DNA of 64,000 nucleotides from Geosiphon pyriformis uo1 (taxonomy: Eukaryota > Fungi > Glomeromycota): assembly GCA_016748015.1 (NCBI GenBank), contig JAAOMT010000503.1, positions 645,669-709,668 on the forward strand, in the 5' to 3' direction. Of the stretch, positions 37,511 through 50,176 are shown piece after piece. Within the stretch, counting starts at the first letter, position 1. Each line of letters opens with the position of its first letter. A model generated the notes under the pieces. It searched no databases. It was not told where the DNA came from and was given only the letters and a program-made list of their open reading frames with translations. The translations under genes were made by a program, and so were the position numbers.

Positions 37511-40500
37511 CTATGTGTATCGGGTAAAATCTATCAAAGATTCAAATCTAAGCATACTGCTTTGAGTCTGATTTTGTTCTTCATTCTTATTATTTGATTG
37601 TTTTTCCCCTGGAGCAAAAGCAGAAGTCCCGAGACTAGTAGGGACTGATGTAACACTGGTCATTCCAGATCCAGACATGTTGGGAATACTGGAAGCAGTA
37701 TTACTGTTTGGCGTAGTTCCAATGGAAGAGAATGGCCCAGGAGGCGTGTTCGAGGCTAAGACACGTTCTTTCAATCGTTTAATCTGTTTTAGACGCTCAC
37801 GCCAATTAGATACGTATTCCAGCCCACGCGAATCACCACTTTGCAGAAAAACTTGCGCAAAAATGTTGGAATGCAATGCAATGTTTCTTACGAAGGCAGG
37901 CAAAGCAGCCAGCGAGATCATCTTAAATTCAGTGATTGGCCCCGTCTCTGGCATATCTTTTCTACATTGCATGACTACTTTAAAAAATATGTTGTGGTCT
38001 GAGTTATTCACTGGTTCTCTATTCTGAGAAAATTGCAATGATCTCGAAAGATCTGAGTGAGGAGATATCACAATATTGATGAAATTGAATTGTGCTGGAA
38101 CAGTATCAAATGCGTATTCTTGCCCAGAATCATTATAAACGATTCTCACAAAGTCATTGCCAATATGCCTTTTTTTCCCATTGCATTGTGGATCCGTTTT
38201 CAAATTTGTAGGCATGAGTGTGGCACAATGAAATATCACCTGAATTATATCATCTTTCCAATAATAAGCGTATTCACCGTCTAAATCCATCTGCGTGTCT
38301 AACCCACCAGTATAAATATCTTTGTTGTTTTTGAGTCGAAATAATTCACCCAAATTATTCAAGAATTTGATGTATTCGGGCGATCCATGAATATTGGCCA
38401 ATATTTCTGATTCCTTGGTTTGATTCTTTGCTACATAAAGTATACCCACTTTGTGAAAATCAACAACGGCAGTACGATCTAGCACATCCAACGCTCTCCT
38501 CGTGGAATCATCATCTGGAAGAGGTTTTGGTCCATCCTTGGAGATTATGTCAGGATAAGGGGAAAGTTGTAAAAATAAGAAGCTTGGATCGACATGAGGA
38601 TCATCTTTTCGGTAAACAAGTTTCTCTGACGATGTAACTGGATCTACGAGAATCTCATCCAATATATGCCGCTTTTGTTCAGAAAATACAAAAGATTTTT
38701 CATCTATAGCGTCCAATGAAACGGATTCTTCAGAAGACAAGCCCGTCATTTTACTATTAATGGACAGTGAATCCTCTTTGTCCATAGTTGTTAAATGAAT
38801 AGTATCTTTTTCGTCAGTAACTAAATTATTAATTAATGATCCTTTTTCATTCATTGAATCATCAGTATTTGAAATTTTAATAATATCCTGAGAATCAGGG
38901 TCATAATGCGCCATCAACATGGCGGGGAGAGTTACAAAGTCTTTATCATCAAATTTGCTTCGATTTTCAAGCTTACAAAGAAGTCCTATTGTACCCGATG
39001 GACGACGGATAATAATCTCAGCCCACCCAAGTGATTTAAACGTACGCATTGTGAGAAACTCGTTTCCTTGTACCCAAGTACGTGACATGACCTTATCTTT
39101 ACCTCGTTCCAATAAAACTTCGTTGATGAATGAATTTTCTGGTTTAGGATCACAGTTTGCATATGAATATCGAGCAAGCATGTCAAAACATGTCTCTGTT
39201 TGCTCATCTACTTGCTGTGAACCTTCATTTGCGAGCAAAAGATTACGAATAATGTATGGAACATATTTACGACGTTCCGGTAACCTGATCGAAGTGAACC
39301 ATACGTATATCACGTGATACGCCATAATTCGTTCATATTGTACCAAAGCATTAATACTTTGGCGGTTCGAGGAGCCGCCAACCTGACTACTTGAAGAAGT
39401 AAAAGTATTTCCTGTTGCAGATCCAAGGGAATTAATAGGAGCAGCAGAAAGAGCTTTACTGTATTGTATATATTGCATAGCAATTCCAAATACACGTTTA
39501 AAATCGGCTTCAGTAAAGTTGACGTACAAATCTGGGAGACGCGCCAGTGAACACAAAAATTCTAAAATGTGTACACTAATTGTAGCAGTTGTTATAATCT
39601 GTGATAACTTGGCAAGGGTATCTGCTAGCCATTTCGTCATTGAAAGAGGCAACTCATAGCAACATACATTCAAAGCATGAATGCACGATTTTGCGGCAAG
39701 TGGCCATTTTTGCAACCCCAAATGAAACGCTAAAACAAGCTCGTCTCTTTCTGTCTTTTTAAATATATTACAATAGCTTATCAGAACTGTCAAAGTTTGA
39801 TAGGCTACAACATAAATATCCACTTTTTTGATATCTGAAGGATGAAGAACACTTTCGGCCAGGCGACTGTTCAAGATCCTATCACAAAGAGTTTGCCTTA
39901 GTTCCAAGATTTCACTATTTGCACCGCAGAATAAATGTTTGTCACTTAATTGTAGGGGTAGATGACAAAGGATATAAGAATAAACTTCCCAATTGTTCTC
40001 ATTCGAAAGAATGTCAATCAATACATTTAAATACATTGGGATTGAGAGGAGTATTGGATCCGATTTTTGATAATCAAAAGTAGTCGAGCCCAATTCTGAT
40101 GTATCATTATCATGTAGTGTTGCTCTGACTTGAACCTCTTCCAATTGAGATTTGTGTTGAAAAGAAACAACATAAGGGGTTGGACGGGAAGCTGTGATAC
40201 GAAAACGAATATCCTCGGGAATCTGCCATAAAGGAGGTAAAATTGCTGCAAGTTCTTCATCTAAGCTTTTATTCCGATTATGAGATGAAGTTGTCGATTT
40301 GTTACTATCTTTACGATCGCTACCAGTTTGAGAAACCTGTAAATCTTGTGGTGAAGCAGCTTTTCGATCTAAGATTACTGAAGCCAAATCTTTTATGCTA
40401 GATTTCTTTGCAAGTCGACGTTGTCCACTCGGTTTTGCTTGAACTTTCTCATTCACTGAACTAACATTACTGGCCATCGGGATTTTTTCGAATCCAGACT

Positions 40501-42655
40501 TATCTTCATCTCCTAGAAAGAAATTATCCCGATGAAAGACATGTGCACCATTCACATTACCCAAATTCTCAACAAAATAGACCCTATGATTATGATCAAC
40601 ACGCATTCTGAGCATTAATTGCAGTATCATAAGGCGAGATGTTATGGGAGTGGAAAAGTCGGCAAGGATATTCATTAATTGTGTATAAACTTCAATTATT
40701 TGTGTCGATGAATTGATTCCGAAAAGTGTATGCTGAAAAACATCAATCAGGCCAATCGTGGCCGATAATGATTTACAGTCACTTAAATGAGTATGTCGTT
40801 GGCCGAGGTGTGAAAAGCATTTACAGGAAGAAACACACTTCAACAGGATTTGTAACAATAATATAAACCATCGATCTGAAACTTCCTTGAGAACTTCTAT
40901 AAGGAATCTCATGGCACTGGTTGATAGATCTATATCAGTTTCCTGTGGCAATGTAGAAAACATCGGTATTATGGCTGCTTCTATCACTTGATCCTGATAA
41001 AAATCTTTGGTCGCTTGATAAACTTCCACGACTAAGGAAAGAGCCCTTGATCTTACTGTGAAGGCTATCTTAGAGTTATTGTAAAAGGAAGAGGTAATAT
41101 AAGGGAGCATAACAAGCCAGTCAGGTGAAGAAGGATAAAGGAGATGTTCTGTGTTATAATAGTCAAGAAGCATCAATATAGTGTTTTCAGATACAAAATC
41201 ACGAATATTTTGTATAAGTAACATAAAGCGGGAGATCGGTCCTTCAAAAGAGCCTGCGAGATATAAAGTTTGTATTTGAAATATTAATTTGCTAAAAGCT
41301 GATATCACTAAAGCGCTTTTTTCCCCATCAATAATTTGATCCGAAGTGGCTAACATAATATACGTCTCATTCGCTGGTGCAGCCCTTTCTAAAACATGAT
41401 GCTTTGTATTGTCCAAGATTTCAAGAAGAATTTCCCATTCAAGAAAACTAATATTTTTTTCATATTTCGTTATCAACTCGCAGATTTGGTTCAAGATTTC
41501 ACAGTCTAATTCCTCCAAATTATAGGTTGTTGCCTTTCTCATTGCCGAAAGGATGGTAATATAACTCTGTGAGAAAGTGTCAACTTCTTCCTTTCCCCAT
41601 AAAGAATAACCAAGAAACAATACAGAGCCACGTAGTAGTTTAAGAAAACCAGCATTTTCGGAATTTTCCAGATTAGAGCATAGTATCCTTATTCCGCTGA
41701 ATGCACAATGACTTAGCAATAAATTGCGCATGATATGCCAAGTTTTTTGCGATACAGATTCAATATTCATGATATTGCAGAGAATTTCAATGTAAATATT
41801 GAGTGAAGAATTCGGAACATATCCATATCGAACCAATACATCACAAAAACTCAGGCAATATTCAATATCGGTTAAGTCGGCTGAAGGATGGTTGCATACA
41901 TTTGCGATATCACCAACAAGACGGGATATATCATGCTCTTCGAATTGAACGAAATTAAATTTTAAAATATTAGTTAGCAAGCTAATAATAGACTGCAATT
42001 TTGAAAGTTTGGAGAATTCCGTCTCGATCTCAGATATAGCGGATAGTGAGGGATTATTATTGATTGATTTAGGTGCACCATAGGATAAAGATCCTTTTTT
42101 ATCGTTCATCTCATGTATGTTCTGATTAATCCAGCCTGAGAGAAGTTTGCTAATGTTCTTTTCGAAAGATGAGATATCTCGGCCATCCCTAGAAAGCATT
42201 CTGAGTGCCTTAAATCTAATTCCAAAATCCTCTAGTATATCGTGGTTTTTAATGGTGTCGTAAAAAATTCCCCGCAGAAACCCCAGTTCATTATATTGTC
42301 CTTGAATACACGATATCATGAATTGAAATGCAACATTTCGTGCCTCTTGAGGCATATCCTGGTGGAGAAGATCTCTGATAGACACCCAAACTTCAATTAC
42401 GTTTGAGAAAGTGTATTTCGTGACCACCTCGCATAGTTGTTTTACGAGTTTTATACGCGTTGTAAGGGGGTAAGGACTTTTTAACTTAATAAGTAATTTC
42501 GCGTCAATAGGTCCATTTAAAGAGATTTCGGCAAGATCAAAGCTTTCTTCCAAAGAAATATCCTCAGTATAATTCTTATTTATCCCAAACACATTGAACA
42601 ACATTCCGCGTTTTCCTTTATTATCTTGCTTCCCTGCCATAGATAAGATGGTCAT
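37511..42655 (-). CDS. TSC2: Tuberin / TSC2 (Rheb GAP), intronless, ~1710 aa
   Basis: HEAT-like N-terminus, tuberin region (LHLPLQL..VHILEFL..LARLP), Rap-GAP domain (DFHKVGILYV, YTGGLD, IFHCATLMP, KKRHIGNDFV); start ATG 42655 or 42640. Confidence 0.95.
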   Translation of the reverse strand: MTILSMAGKQDNKGKRGMLFNVFGINKNYTEDISLEESFDLAEISLNGPIDAKLLIKLKSPYPLTTRIKLVKQLCEVVTKYTFSNVIEVWVSIRDLLHQDMPQEARNVAFQFMISCIQGQYNELGFLRGIFYDTIKNHDILEDFGIRFKALRMLSRDGRDISSFEKNISKLLSGWINQNIHEMNDKKGSLSYGAPKSINNNPSLSAISEIETEFSKLSKLQSIISLLTNILKFNFVQFEEHDISRLVGDIANVCNHPSADLTDIEYCLSFCDVLVRYGYVPNSSLNIYIEILCNIMNIESVSQKTWHIMRNLLLSHCAFSGIRILCSNLENSENAGFLKLLRGSVLFLGYSLWGKEEVDTFSQSYITILSAMRKATTYNLEELDCEILNQICELITKYEKNISFLEWEILLEILDNTKHHVLERAAPANETYIMLATSDQIIDGEKSALVISAFSKLIFQIQTLYLAGSFEGPISRFMLLIQNIRDFVSENTILMLLDYYNTEHLLYPSSPDWLVMLPYITSSFYNNSKIAFTVRSRALSLVVEVYQATKDFYQDQVIEAAIIPMFSTLPQETDIDLSTSAMRFLIEVLKEVSDRWFILLLQILLKCVSSCKCFSHLGQRHTHLSDCKSLSATIGLIDVFQHTLFGINSSTQIIEVYTQLMNILADFSTPITSRLMILQLMLRMRVDHNHRVYFVENLGNVNGAHVFHRDNFFLGDEDKSGFEKIPMASNVSSVNEKVQAKPSGQRRLAKKSSIKDLASVILDRKAASPQDLQVSQTGSDRKDSNKSTTSSHNRNKSLDEELAAILPPLWQIPEDIRFRITASRPTPYVVSFQHKSQLEEVQVRATLHDNDTSELGSTTFDYQKSDPILLSIPMYLNVLIDILSNENNWEVYSYILCHLPLQLSDKHLFCGANSEILELRQTLCDRILNSRLAESVLHPSDIKKVDIYVVAYQTLTVLISYCNIFKKTERDELVLAFHLGLQKWPLAAKSCIHALNVCCYELPLSMTKWLADTLAKLSQIITTATISVHILEFLCSLARLPDLYVNFTEADFKRVFGIAMQYIQYSKALSAAPINSLGSATGNTFTSSSSQVGGSSNRQSINALVQYERIMAYHVIYVWFTSIRLPERRKYVPYIIRNLLLANEGSQQVDEQTETCFDMLARYSYANCDPKPENSFINEVLLERGKDKVMSRTWVQGNEFLTMRTFKSLGWAEIIIRRPSGTIGLLCKLENRSKFDDKDFVTLPAMLMAHYDPDSQDIIKISNTDDSMNEKGSLINNLVTDEKDTIHLTTMDKEDSLSINSKMTGLSSEESVSLDAIDEKSFVFSEQKRHILDEILVDPVTSSEKLVYRKDDPHVDPSFLFLQLSPYPDIISKDGPKPLPDDDSTRRALDVLDRTAVVDFHKVGILYVAKNQTKESEILANIHGSPEYIKFLNNLGELFRLKNNKDIYTGGLDTQMDLDGEYAYYWKDDIIQVIFHCATLMPTNLKTDPQCNGKKRHIGNDFVRIVYNDSGQEYAFDTVPAQFNFINIVISPHSDLSRSLQFSQNREPVNNSDHNIFFKVVMQCRKDMPETGPITEFKMISLAALPAFVRNIALHSNIFAQVFLQSGDSRGLEYVSNWRERLKQIKRLKERVLASNTPPGPFSSIGTTPNSNTASSIPNMSGSGMTSVTSVPTSLGTSAFAPGEKQSNNKNEEQNQTQSSMLRFESLIDFTRYT

Positions 42656-42719
42656 TAATTTTCCTGTGAATCTTTCCCAATGATTGTCAATCACTATTTG
42701 AATTGTATTTTTTCTTAAA

Positions 42720-45700
42720 GTTGTTTAAATTTAAATTATTAAGCCAAATTTTCAAAATTGTAAAAATAATTGTAATAACAATAATTATTAAATATTGTTT
42801 TTTAAAATAAAATTATATACATATGTATAAATTTGAAATACATAAATTTTTATTTGATTTGTATTTTTTTTTACACTTTTACAAAGTGTAATTCTACAAA
42901 TAAATACAGTTTATATGGTTTTAACATATAACCAGTTATTGTTATCTAAATAGGGTATTATAATATTTGGTGTTTTATATTATATTAGTATTTAAAAATT
43001 TTACTGAATTTCCTATTATGTTTTATTTATAAATGTTTTTTATAATAAAAAAAAATATGGTAATGTTTTTTAAGTTAATAATATTTATAATTAATTATAT
43101 TAATATTCTATTTTTTTTTTTATTTAATTATAATTAATAAGATTTAATTTTGTTTTTTTGTTTTTTTGGTAAATTAATAAATATGTTGTTTTTTAATTAT
43201 TATTATTAAAGACTTTTTATTAGACTATTATAATATTATATTATGTTTTTATTTTACTTTTGGTTTTTTATTAATTAATTAATAATTTTGCAAAAAAAAA
43301 ATAAAAATTAATATTTTATTAATAATTATAATTAACAGCTATTATTTTAAGTAGTAATTTTAAAAGTATTATGTAATTAATATCTGGTTTTAAATAAAAA
43401 AAATTGTTAAGTTTTTAAAAATAATATAATATTTAATTATTTTTAATTAAATCTAAATTTTTTTGATTTTAATTAAAAATTTTTTTTTAAACTAAAAATT
43501 ACTTATATATATATATTTATTTAATTTTATAAAGTAATTTTTAAAAATTTATTATTTTTAATATTTTTATGTTTATTTATTATTGTTAATTATATTTTAT
43601 TATTTTATACTATTTTGTATTATTTTATACTATTTTATATTGTTAATTATTTTATATTATTCTTTATTATTACATTTTTTCTGTAATTAATTGGTTTTTT
43701 ATTTGAATAATACTATTTAAATTTAAATTAATAAATTAATAAAAGCTTTTTTTTATTTTATTTATTTAATTAAATATAATTTAATTACTATTTAATATAT
43801 AGATACAAACTAAGTATTTTTAATTAAATATAATTTATATACTTTTTATATATATTTAATTATTTGAACCAATCAAATTAATATTATATAATTGTATATA
43901 TTATAATATTTTTACTTGTATCTAAAAAAAATAACATAATTTACAAAACTTAAAATTAATTATAAAAGCTTTAATTATTTTAAATATATAAATTACATTT
44001 CTTAAAAGCTTAATAGATAAATTATTTTATATGTTTAATTTATTATTATTATTAATAATTAATATATTTTTTTTATGATTACTTTAAATTTAAATTCATA
44101 TATTCAGATTTTATTTTAATAATTTACTATTAATTTTATAACTTTTTTTGTATCTTTAAAAACTAAAACTGTTTTAATATACCAATTTTTTAAAACCATT
44201 TTTTTATAAAATATTATATACAAATTATTATTAAAATAGCTAAAAATTAATATTTGTAAAACCAAAAATAATAAAACATAAATATTAAACAAATTTTTTT
44301 AATAATATATGTGTTTTAATAAGAATTTTTTATATATATTAATATTTTTTAAATATGTAAAAACATGATTAAACAATTTTATTTTTACACAATACAAATA
44401 TTAAATATTTAAATTTTTATTATATATGTATTTTTTTATTTTTAATAATTTCTTATAAATAGTTTTTAATATATAAATTTATAATTTAACTAAAAATTTA
44501 TTAATAAAACCAAAAAATATATATTGTTATTAATATATTAAATCAAAATATAATATATATTATAAAAATTAGTATTAAGATTATATAAAAAAAATTATAT
44601 TATTAAATTAATTTAATAAATATTAATTAATAATAAAAAAGTAAAAGATTAGTAATTAACTTATTTATAATTAAATTATAATACAATTCAGTTAAAAATT
44701 TAAATTAAATACAAAAAAATCTTGTTAAATCTAAAAAATACCAATAAAAATTTAGAATTAATGCATATAATTTAATAACAAACTTTAAGATTCTTATATA
44801 TCTTATTTAAACAATTTACTATTCCAAATTTGCAATTATTATTCAAAAATAATTTTAAAAAATTTAATTAATTAATTTGTTTTTAATTATATTAATTATA
44901 ATTATAATTAATTATTTTAAATCTGATTATTTAAATTATTAACTTCAAAGTAAATTAATTAATTTAATGTATATAAATAATTAATACAATTAAAAGAATA
45001 TTAATATAATATTATATTTCAAATAATTTAGTTATATATACAATTTTTTTATAAACTAAAAAAAATATTAATTTTATATTAAACCAATTTTTTATTATAG
45101 TTTTATTATAAACAATAGATTGTTTTTTTTTACTTTTTTTTTGTTTTAGATATTTTTTTATTTGCATATATATTTTTATCTTTTTATAAACAATTTTTTT
45201 AATTATGTTATCTTTTAAATATATTATAAAAGAAATAATTCTATTATAATTTTATTTTAAATAAATAAAGTAATACAATAAAATATTTTATAAAAACATA
45301 TTTGTTAAATATTTAAGTAATATTATTATAATTTATGTTTACTATTTTATAATTTCTTAATAATTTTTTTTATTTTTATTTTTTAAATCAGATATTTAAA
45401 AATCATATCTTTTCAATAGCTAATTAAAAAAATTTTAATGTAACTTTAATAAAATAGTTTGGTTATTTTTAATTTGTATTTATGTTTTAAGTAAAAGTTA
45501 ATTACTATTTTTTAAATAAAACTCTAAACTAGTTTTTTCTAAAAATAAATATTAATAACTTTATAATTTTTTTATTTTATAAATATCTTTTTATGATTTT
45601 TATCTTTTTTTTTTTATATATATTATAAAATAAATTTATATAATTAATACTAATATTTATATTATTTATAGTATTATTAATATTTAATAATAATATTTAA

Positions 45701-47040
45701 ATTTATAATACTATAACTTAATAATAATATTTTTGAAAAAAAAATGATTTTTTTACTTTTTTTATAATAATAAGTAGTTTATATATAAGATTTTTATTAT
45801 ATGTATTTTAAAGTTAGTTAATTTACAACTTATTAAAAATATTATTAAAATATTAAACCAAAATTATTATAATTTAATCAATATTTTTGGCCAAATAAAT
45901 ATTAATATACTTAATTATATGTTTAATTTTTCAATAAATATAACTTAAAAAGTCTAAAAACTTTTTAATTAAATAATTTTTTTTAAATACAATATTATTT
46001 TTATAATAATAAGTAATAAATACTTAAAATTTTTAATTATATTAACCAATATATTAACAATATTATTTAATCTTAATTTTATTAATAATAAGCTTTTTTT
46101 ATAATTAAATTAATAATTTAATGTTTTTTAATAGCATTTATTTTTAATTACTGAGTTTTTTTAAAAAAATATATTAAAATTAATATTCATTTTATTTTTT
46201 TTAAGAGTTTTAAAGTTTTTAATAATAGAATAATTAATAAGCTAATTTTTTCTGTTTTTATTATTATTATTATTATTATTAGTAAATAATTAAAAAAACC
46301 AAAAACTTTAAAAAATAATAGTAATTGTTTGTATCTATTATTATTATATTAAATTTTTTTGTAGTTTTAAATAAAATTTTTATAATAATAATTCGTTTTT
46401 TTTTAATATAAATAACAATAATAATAATATAGCTTTTAAAATAAGCTAAAATTAACTATTAGCTGTATTATTAATATATAATATTTTTTAGTAGATTATT
46501 ATTAATTCTAAAAACAAATTAATCTATTTAATTATCTAATCTTAAAAATTAAACTAATTAAATAAAAACCAAATCAATTTTTTCTTTTTTGTTTTTTAAT
46601 ATTGTTTTTAATAATGTTTAAAAAACAATTTTTAATTGTTAAAAGTTTTTAGAATAATCTTTATCTTTATATTTAATATTATATTTAAGATTAAATTAAT
46701 TTTGATTAATTTTTTGTTTAAATTGCTGTTTAATTTTATTAATATTAAATTAATTTTAAAGAACAATATTAAGTTATTTTGTATAAAGTTTGTTTTTAAG
46801 ATTTTTTTGGTTGCTGTTATCAAAATTTTTATTGGTAATTTTTTTTTCTGATTATATTTAAGATTATAAAGTTTTTTGTAATAGTTTTTTTTTTTTTTTT
46901 TTTCTATTTTGTTGTATTTTATAATATTTTTTTGACATATCTGTTAATAATATTAAAACTGTTTTTGGTATTTTTAGTGTTGTTATTTTAGTTAAATTAA
47001 AGTTTGTTGGTTTATAATAATATATTATTGTTTATTTTAA
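42720..47040. other. Extremely AT-rich relic DNA (~4.3 kb)
   Basis: Almost no C/G; ghost K/I/N/L-only ORFs (46632-46851); short 10-bp tandem at ~43600-43640. Confidence 0.7.
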
Positions 47041-47046
47041 AGACTT

Positions 47047-48250
47047 TTATTATTATTATTATTATTTTAATAAGTGCAGTCCAATTATTATCTAATATAT
47101 AGAACCAAAACTAGAGATTTCAGTTAAATATAATTCATGTTTTTTCTATTTATAACCAGTTATTTGGACCAATTAAAACAATATTATATATTTATATAAA
47201 CAAAAACCTCTTTATTTAGATCTAAAAAGAATAAACAAAATTTATAAAAACTAAAACTAACACCAAAAAATTCATTAATACTAATTAATTTAACTACTTT
47301 ATCTGACAATTCAGTCTTTAAAATATAAAAAACACCAAATATTATTTTATTATTACTAATCAATATATGTTTTTTTATGTTGGTACTGTGTTTAAATCTA
47401 AACTCTCACAAAACAAAATAATAATATTCATCCAATTTATACACAAAATTAACTAATACATAAATGGCTTTTTAATAATTATTAAACATTTGTATTGTTT
47501 TACTATATTAATTTTTAAGAATAAAGTTCTTGTAAAAAAGCATATATAATCTAATATTTAACAAACATACTAAAAATAATTTTATTACCACAAAAAAAAA
47601 TAAAGCATAGAACTCTATCAAAAACTTTTAAACCAAAACTTAGTCAAAAATAATCTTCTTGTAAAAATTAGCCTTATGTAAATATGTGAATGTATGATCA
47701 AAAAACTCAACTTTTTTATATTGTAAACACAAAACATTTAAATAATCTTTCTTATAAAGTTTTTTTCTAATTATAATAGGCAATTTCTTATAAATAGTCT
47801 TTATAAAATATTTGCATAAACTAGCTAAAGTCTTACTAATAAAATCTGAAAACATATACACATTCAGATGCCAAACCATAATAGTACAAACCCAATTAAT
47901 CTTATAAACCAAAAAACTTTTAATTACTCTAAAATCAGATCCAGCTTTTTAGTAAATACAACTTACTAATTTATAAATATTATAAACAAAATAATAAATA
48001 TTACCAAAAACTGCCAAATCATTAGTCTTAATAAAGTGTTTATACATATTGTTAAGTAATAGCAAAAACAAATATACAGTCTTATTTACTAAAGTATTAG
48101 TATAAACCTTGTCTAGAATTTCTAAATATTTCTTAATTTTTAACCAAATCACTAAAAAAATTTTATTTCTAACCAGATTTGCAATGTGTTTTTTCTTTAT
48201 CTAACAGTAATCACAAAAATCAGAATTTGAAGACTTCAATTCTAATATGT
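47047..48250 (-). mobile_element. LINE 2, heavily mutated 3' part (RNase H end, CCHC region, 3' UTR, (TAA)n tail); same family as LINE 1
   Basis: INWVCTIMVWH..YFIKTIYKKLP..VLCLQY..FDHTF parallels LINE 1 IDWLYLSLVWD..YFIKALYYRLP..VLCLYC..LDHVF; homologous 3' UTR and tail. Confidence 0.85.
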
Positions 48251-49106
48251 TGTTATTCATAGAATATAGAAAGTATATATTAGCATAAATTAGCCAATCA
48301 GAAGTAACCGTAGTAAAATGTGAAATTCCAGAATTCCTCTTAGAAGAATTGCAGAATTTCAGAAATTTCAGGATTTTTGTACAAGAAATCGCAGGATTCT
48401 AGAATTCCTCTTAAAAAAATTGCAGGATTCCAGGAATCCAGGATTCCTGGTATGAAGAATTGAAGAATTGAAGAATATCAATTATGTATATATAATAGTA
48501 GTGTTAAAAACAGAAAAGACAGAATTTTTTAGTTAAAAACATTGCAGTTTAGATTTAATCTAAGCAATCTTCTATATCACAAATATCAATAAATAATTAT
48601 TCAAATATCTCCAATCTACTCTCCACTATCAACACTTAATGTTAATAACAATTGATACTTAACCACACTGGAACAATAACTCTTAATCATGACTATTAAT
48701 AGGATACTAACATTCATTGCCTTGACTTATTTTTCTTTTATTTTCTTTATTTTCTTTTATTTTGTTATTTTTTTTGTTTTACTAAATTGATTAAAAATTA
48801 AGCACTGAATTATTGATGTTAAGGATTGTCTGGTAAAAGACCTCTGCGAGTGAGTAGAACATATAAAGAATATAGATTATTTATTAAAAGAGTGCTGGCC
48901 ATTAAGCTAAAAAAAGAAATTGACAGAATTGTGATTCTGAAAAGCCATGGATAAAACAACTACTGAATCTCTGTTTATTATACAAAAGACTCAACCAAAA
49001 CTTTCAGATAACAATACCTTCAGATCATCATTATCGCAAATAGCTTCTGAGCACCAAGTTACAAGTTTGTTATTTAATTTGAGACTCCAAATAATCACTT
49101 GTAACA
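48251..49106 (+). repeat. 5' LTR of C1 (856 bp)
   Basis: Homologous to 49297-50174; unrelated to family-1 LTRs; internal 9-bp GGAATTCCA-type array. Confidence 0.9.
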
Positions 49107-49296
49107 TTTGGTGCTCTCTGTGAAGTATAATCCTATAGAGAACCAGCACCAACAATAATTATCCAAAAGTGGCAGAATCAGAAATCATAAGGACAAACCA
49201 TTTAGGATTCACCAAATCTTTATTTCAATAGTATAGCCAACAATTGAGCTTAACTAACAATTATTATTCAGTAGAATTAGCCTTCAACTTTTATGT
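48251..49296 (+). mobile_element. Gypsy element C1 (family 2): 5' LTR, PBS and first ~190 bp, interrupted by C2
   Basis: LTR 48251-49106 (TG..CA), PBS TGGTGCTC at 49109, gag start VAESE..NHLGF homologous to C2. Confidence 0.88.
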
Positions 49297-50174
49297 TGTT
49301 ACTCATAGAATATAGAAAATATATATTAGCATAAATTAGCCAATCAAAAATAATCATAGTAAATGTAGAATTCTAGGATTCCTCTTAAGAAGAATTGCAG
49401 GATTCCAGGAATTTCAGGATTCTCATATAAGGAATTGCAGAATTCCAGAATTCCAGAATTCCTCTCAAAAGAAATTGCAAGATTCCAGAAATTTTAGAAT
49501 TTCTGGTGTGAGAAATTGAGGAATCGAAGAATCTCAATTATGTATATATAGCAGTAGTATTAGAAGGAGAAAAAAACAGAATTCTTTAGTTAGAGACCTC
49601 TCAGTTTAAATCTGATCTAAGCAACCTTTTATTCATAATTATTAATAAATAATTATTTACTATCACAATCTACTCTCTACTATTAACACTTCATGTTGAT
49701 AGTAATTGATACTTGATTACATGGGAACAATAGCTTTTAATCATGGCTATTGACAGGATACTAATTTGCAATTGCTTTTACTCATTTTTTTTTATTCTTT
49801 TATTTTTTTTTATTTCTTTTGTTATTTTTTTGGTTTTACTAAATTGATTAAAGATTAAGTGCTAAGATACAAACATCATAAGAACTGGTAAAAGACCCAT
49901 GAAACAAGAGTAAAACACTCATAGATTTAAGGATAGCTTACCAGGAGGATTACCAGCCATCACGCTAAGAAAAAAATTTGATGAAACTGCAGTTTCAAGA
50001 AACTACAAATAAAACCATTAATTAAATCTCTGTCTATTATATAAAGAACTCAACCAAAACCTTCAGATAAAGACAAAGTACCAATATTACCAACATCATT
50101 TACCAGATTAGTTACTAAGTACCAAGTTATAAGTTTGTTATTTGATTTAAGACCCCAAATAATTACTTGTAATA
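49297..50174 (+). repeat. 5' LTR of C2 (878 bp; terminal CA mutated to TA)
   Basis: TGTTACTCATAG...CTTGTAATA followed by the PBS. Confidence 0.9.
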
Positions 50175-50176
50175 TT

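Noticed and set aside
37677-39317. Antisense ORFs inside TSC2 (and similar ones inside the LRR, JmjC and TE genes)
   Set aside because: Shadow ORFs of strongly coding opposite strands, with no recognisable motifs.
46632-46851. Overlapping K/I/N/L/F-only ORFs on both strands
   Set aside because: Composition is dictated by C/G-stripped DNA; not plausible functional proteins.
48251-50174. Two similar LTRs 190 bp apart read as a TRIM/mini-element or an assembly duplication
   Set aside because: The second LTR has no PPT before it and has its own PBS. The 190 bp is a gag start cut at ATGT, and the two copies are clearly diverged. Nested insertion fits better.
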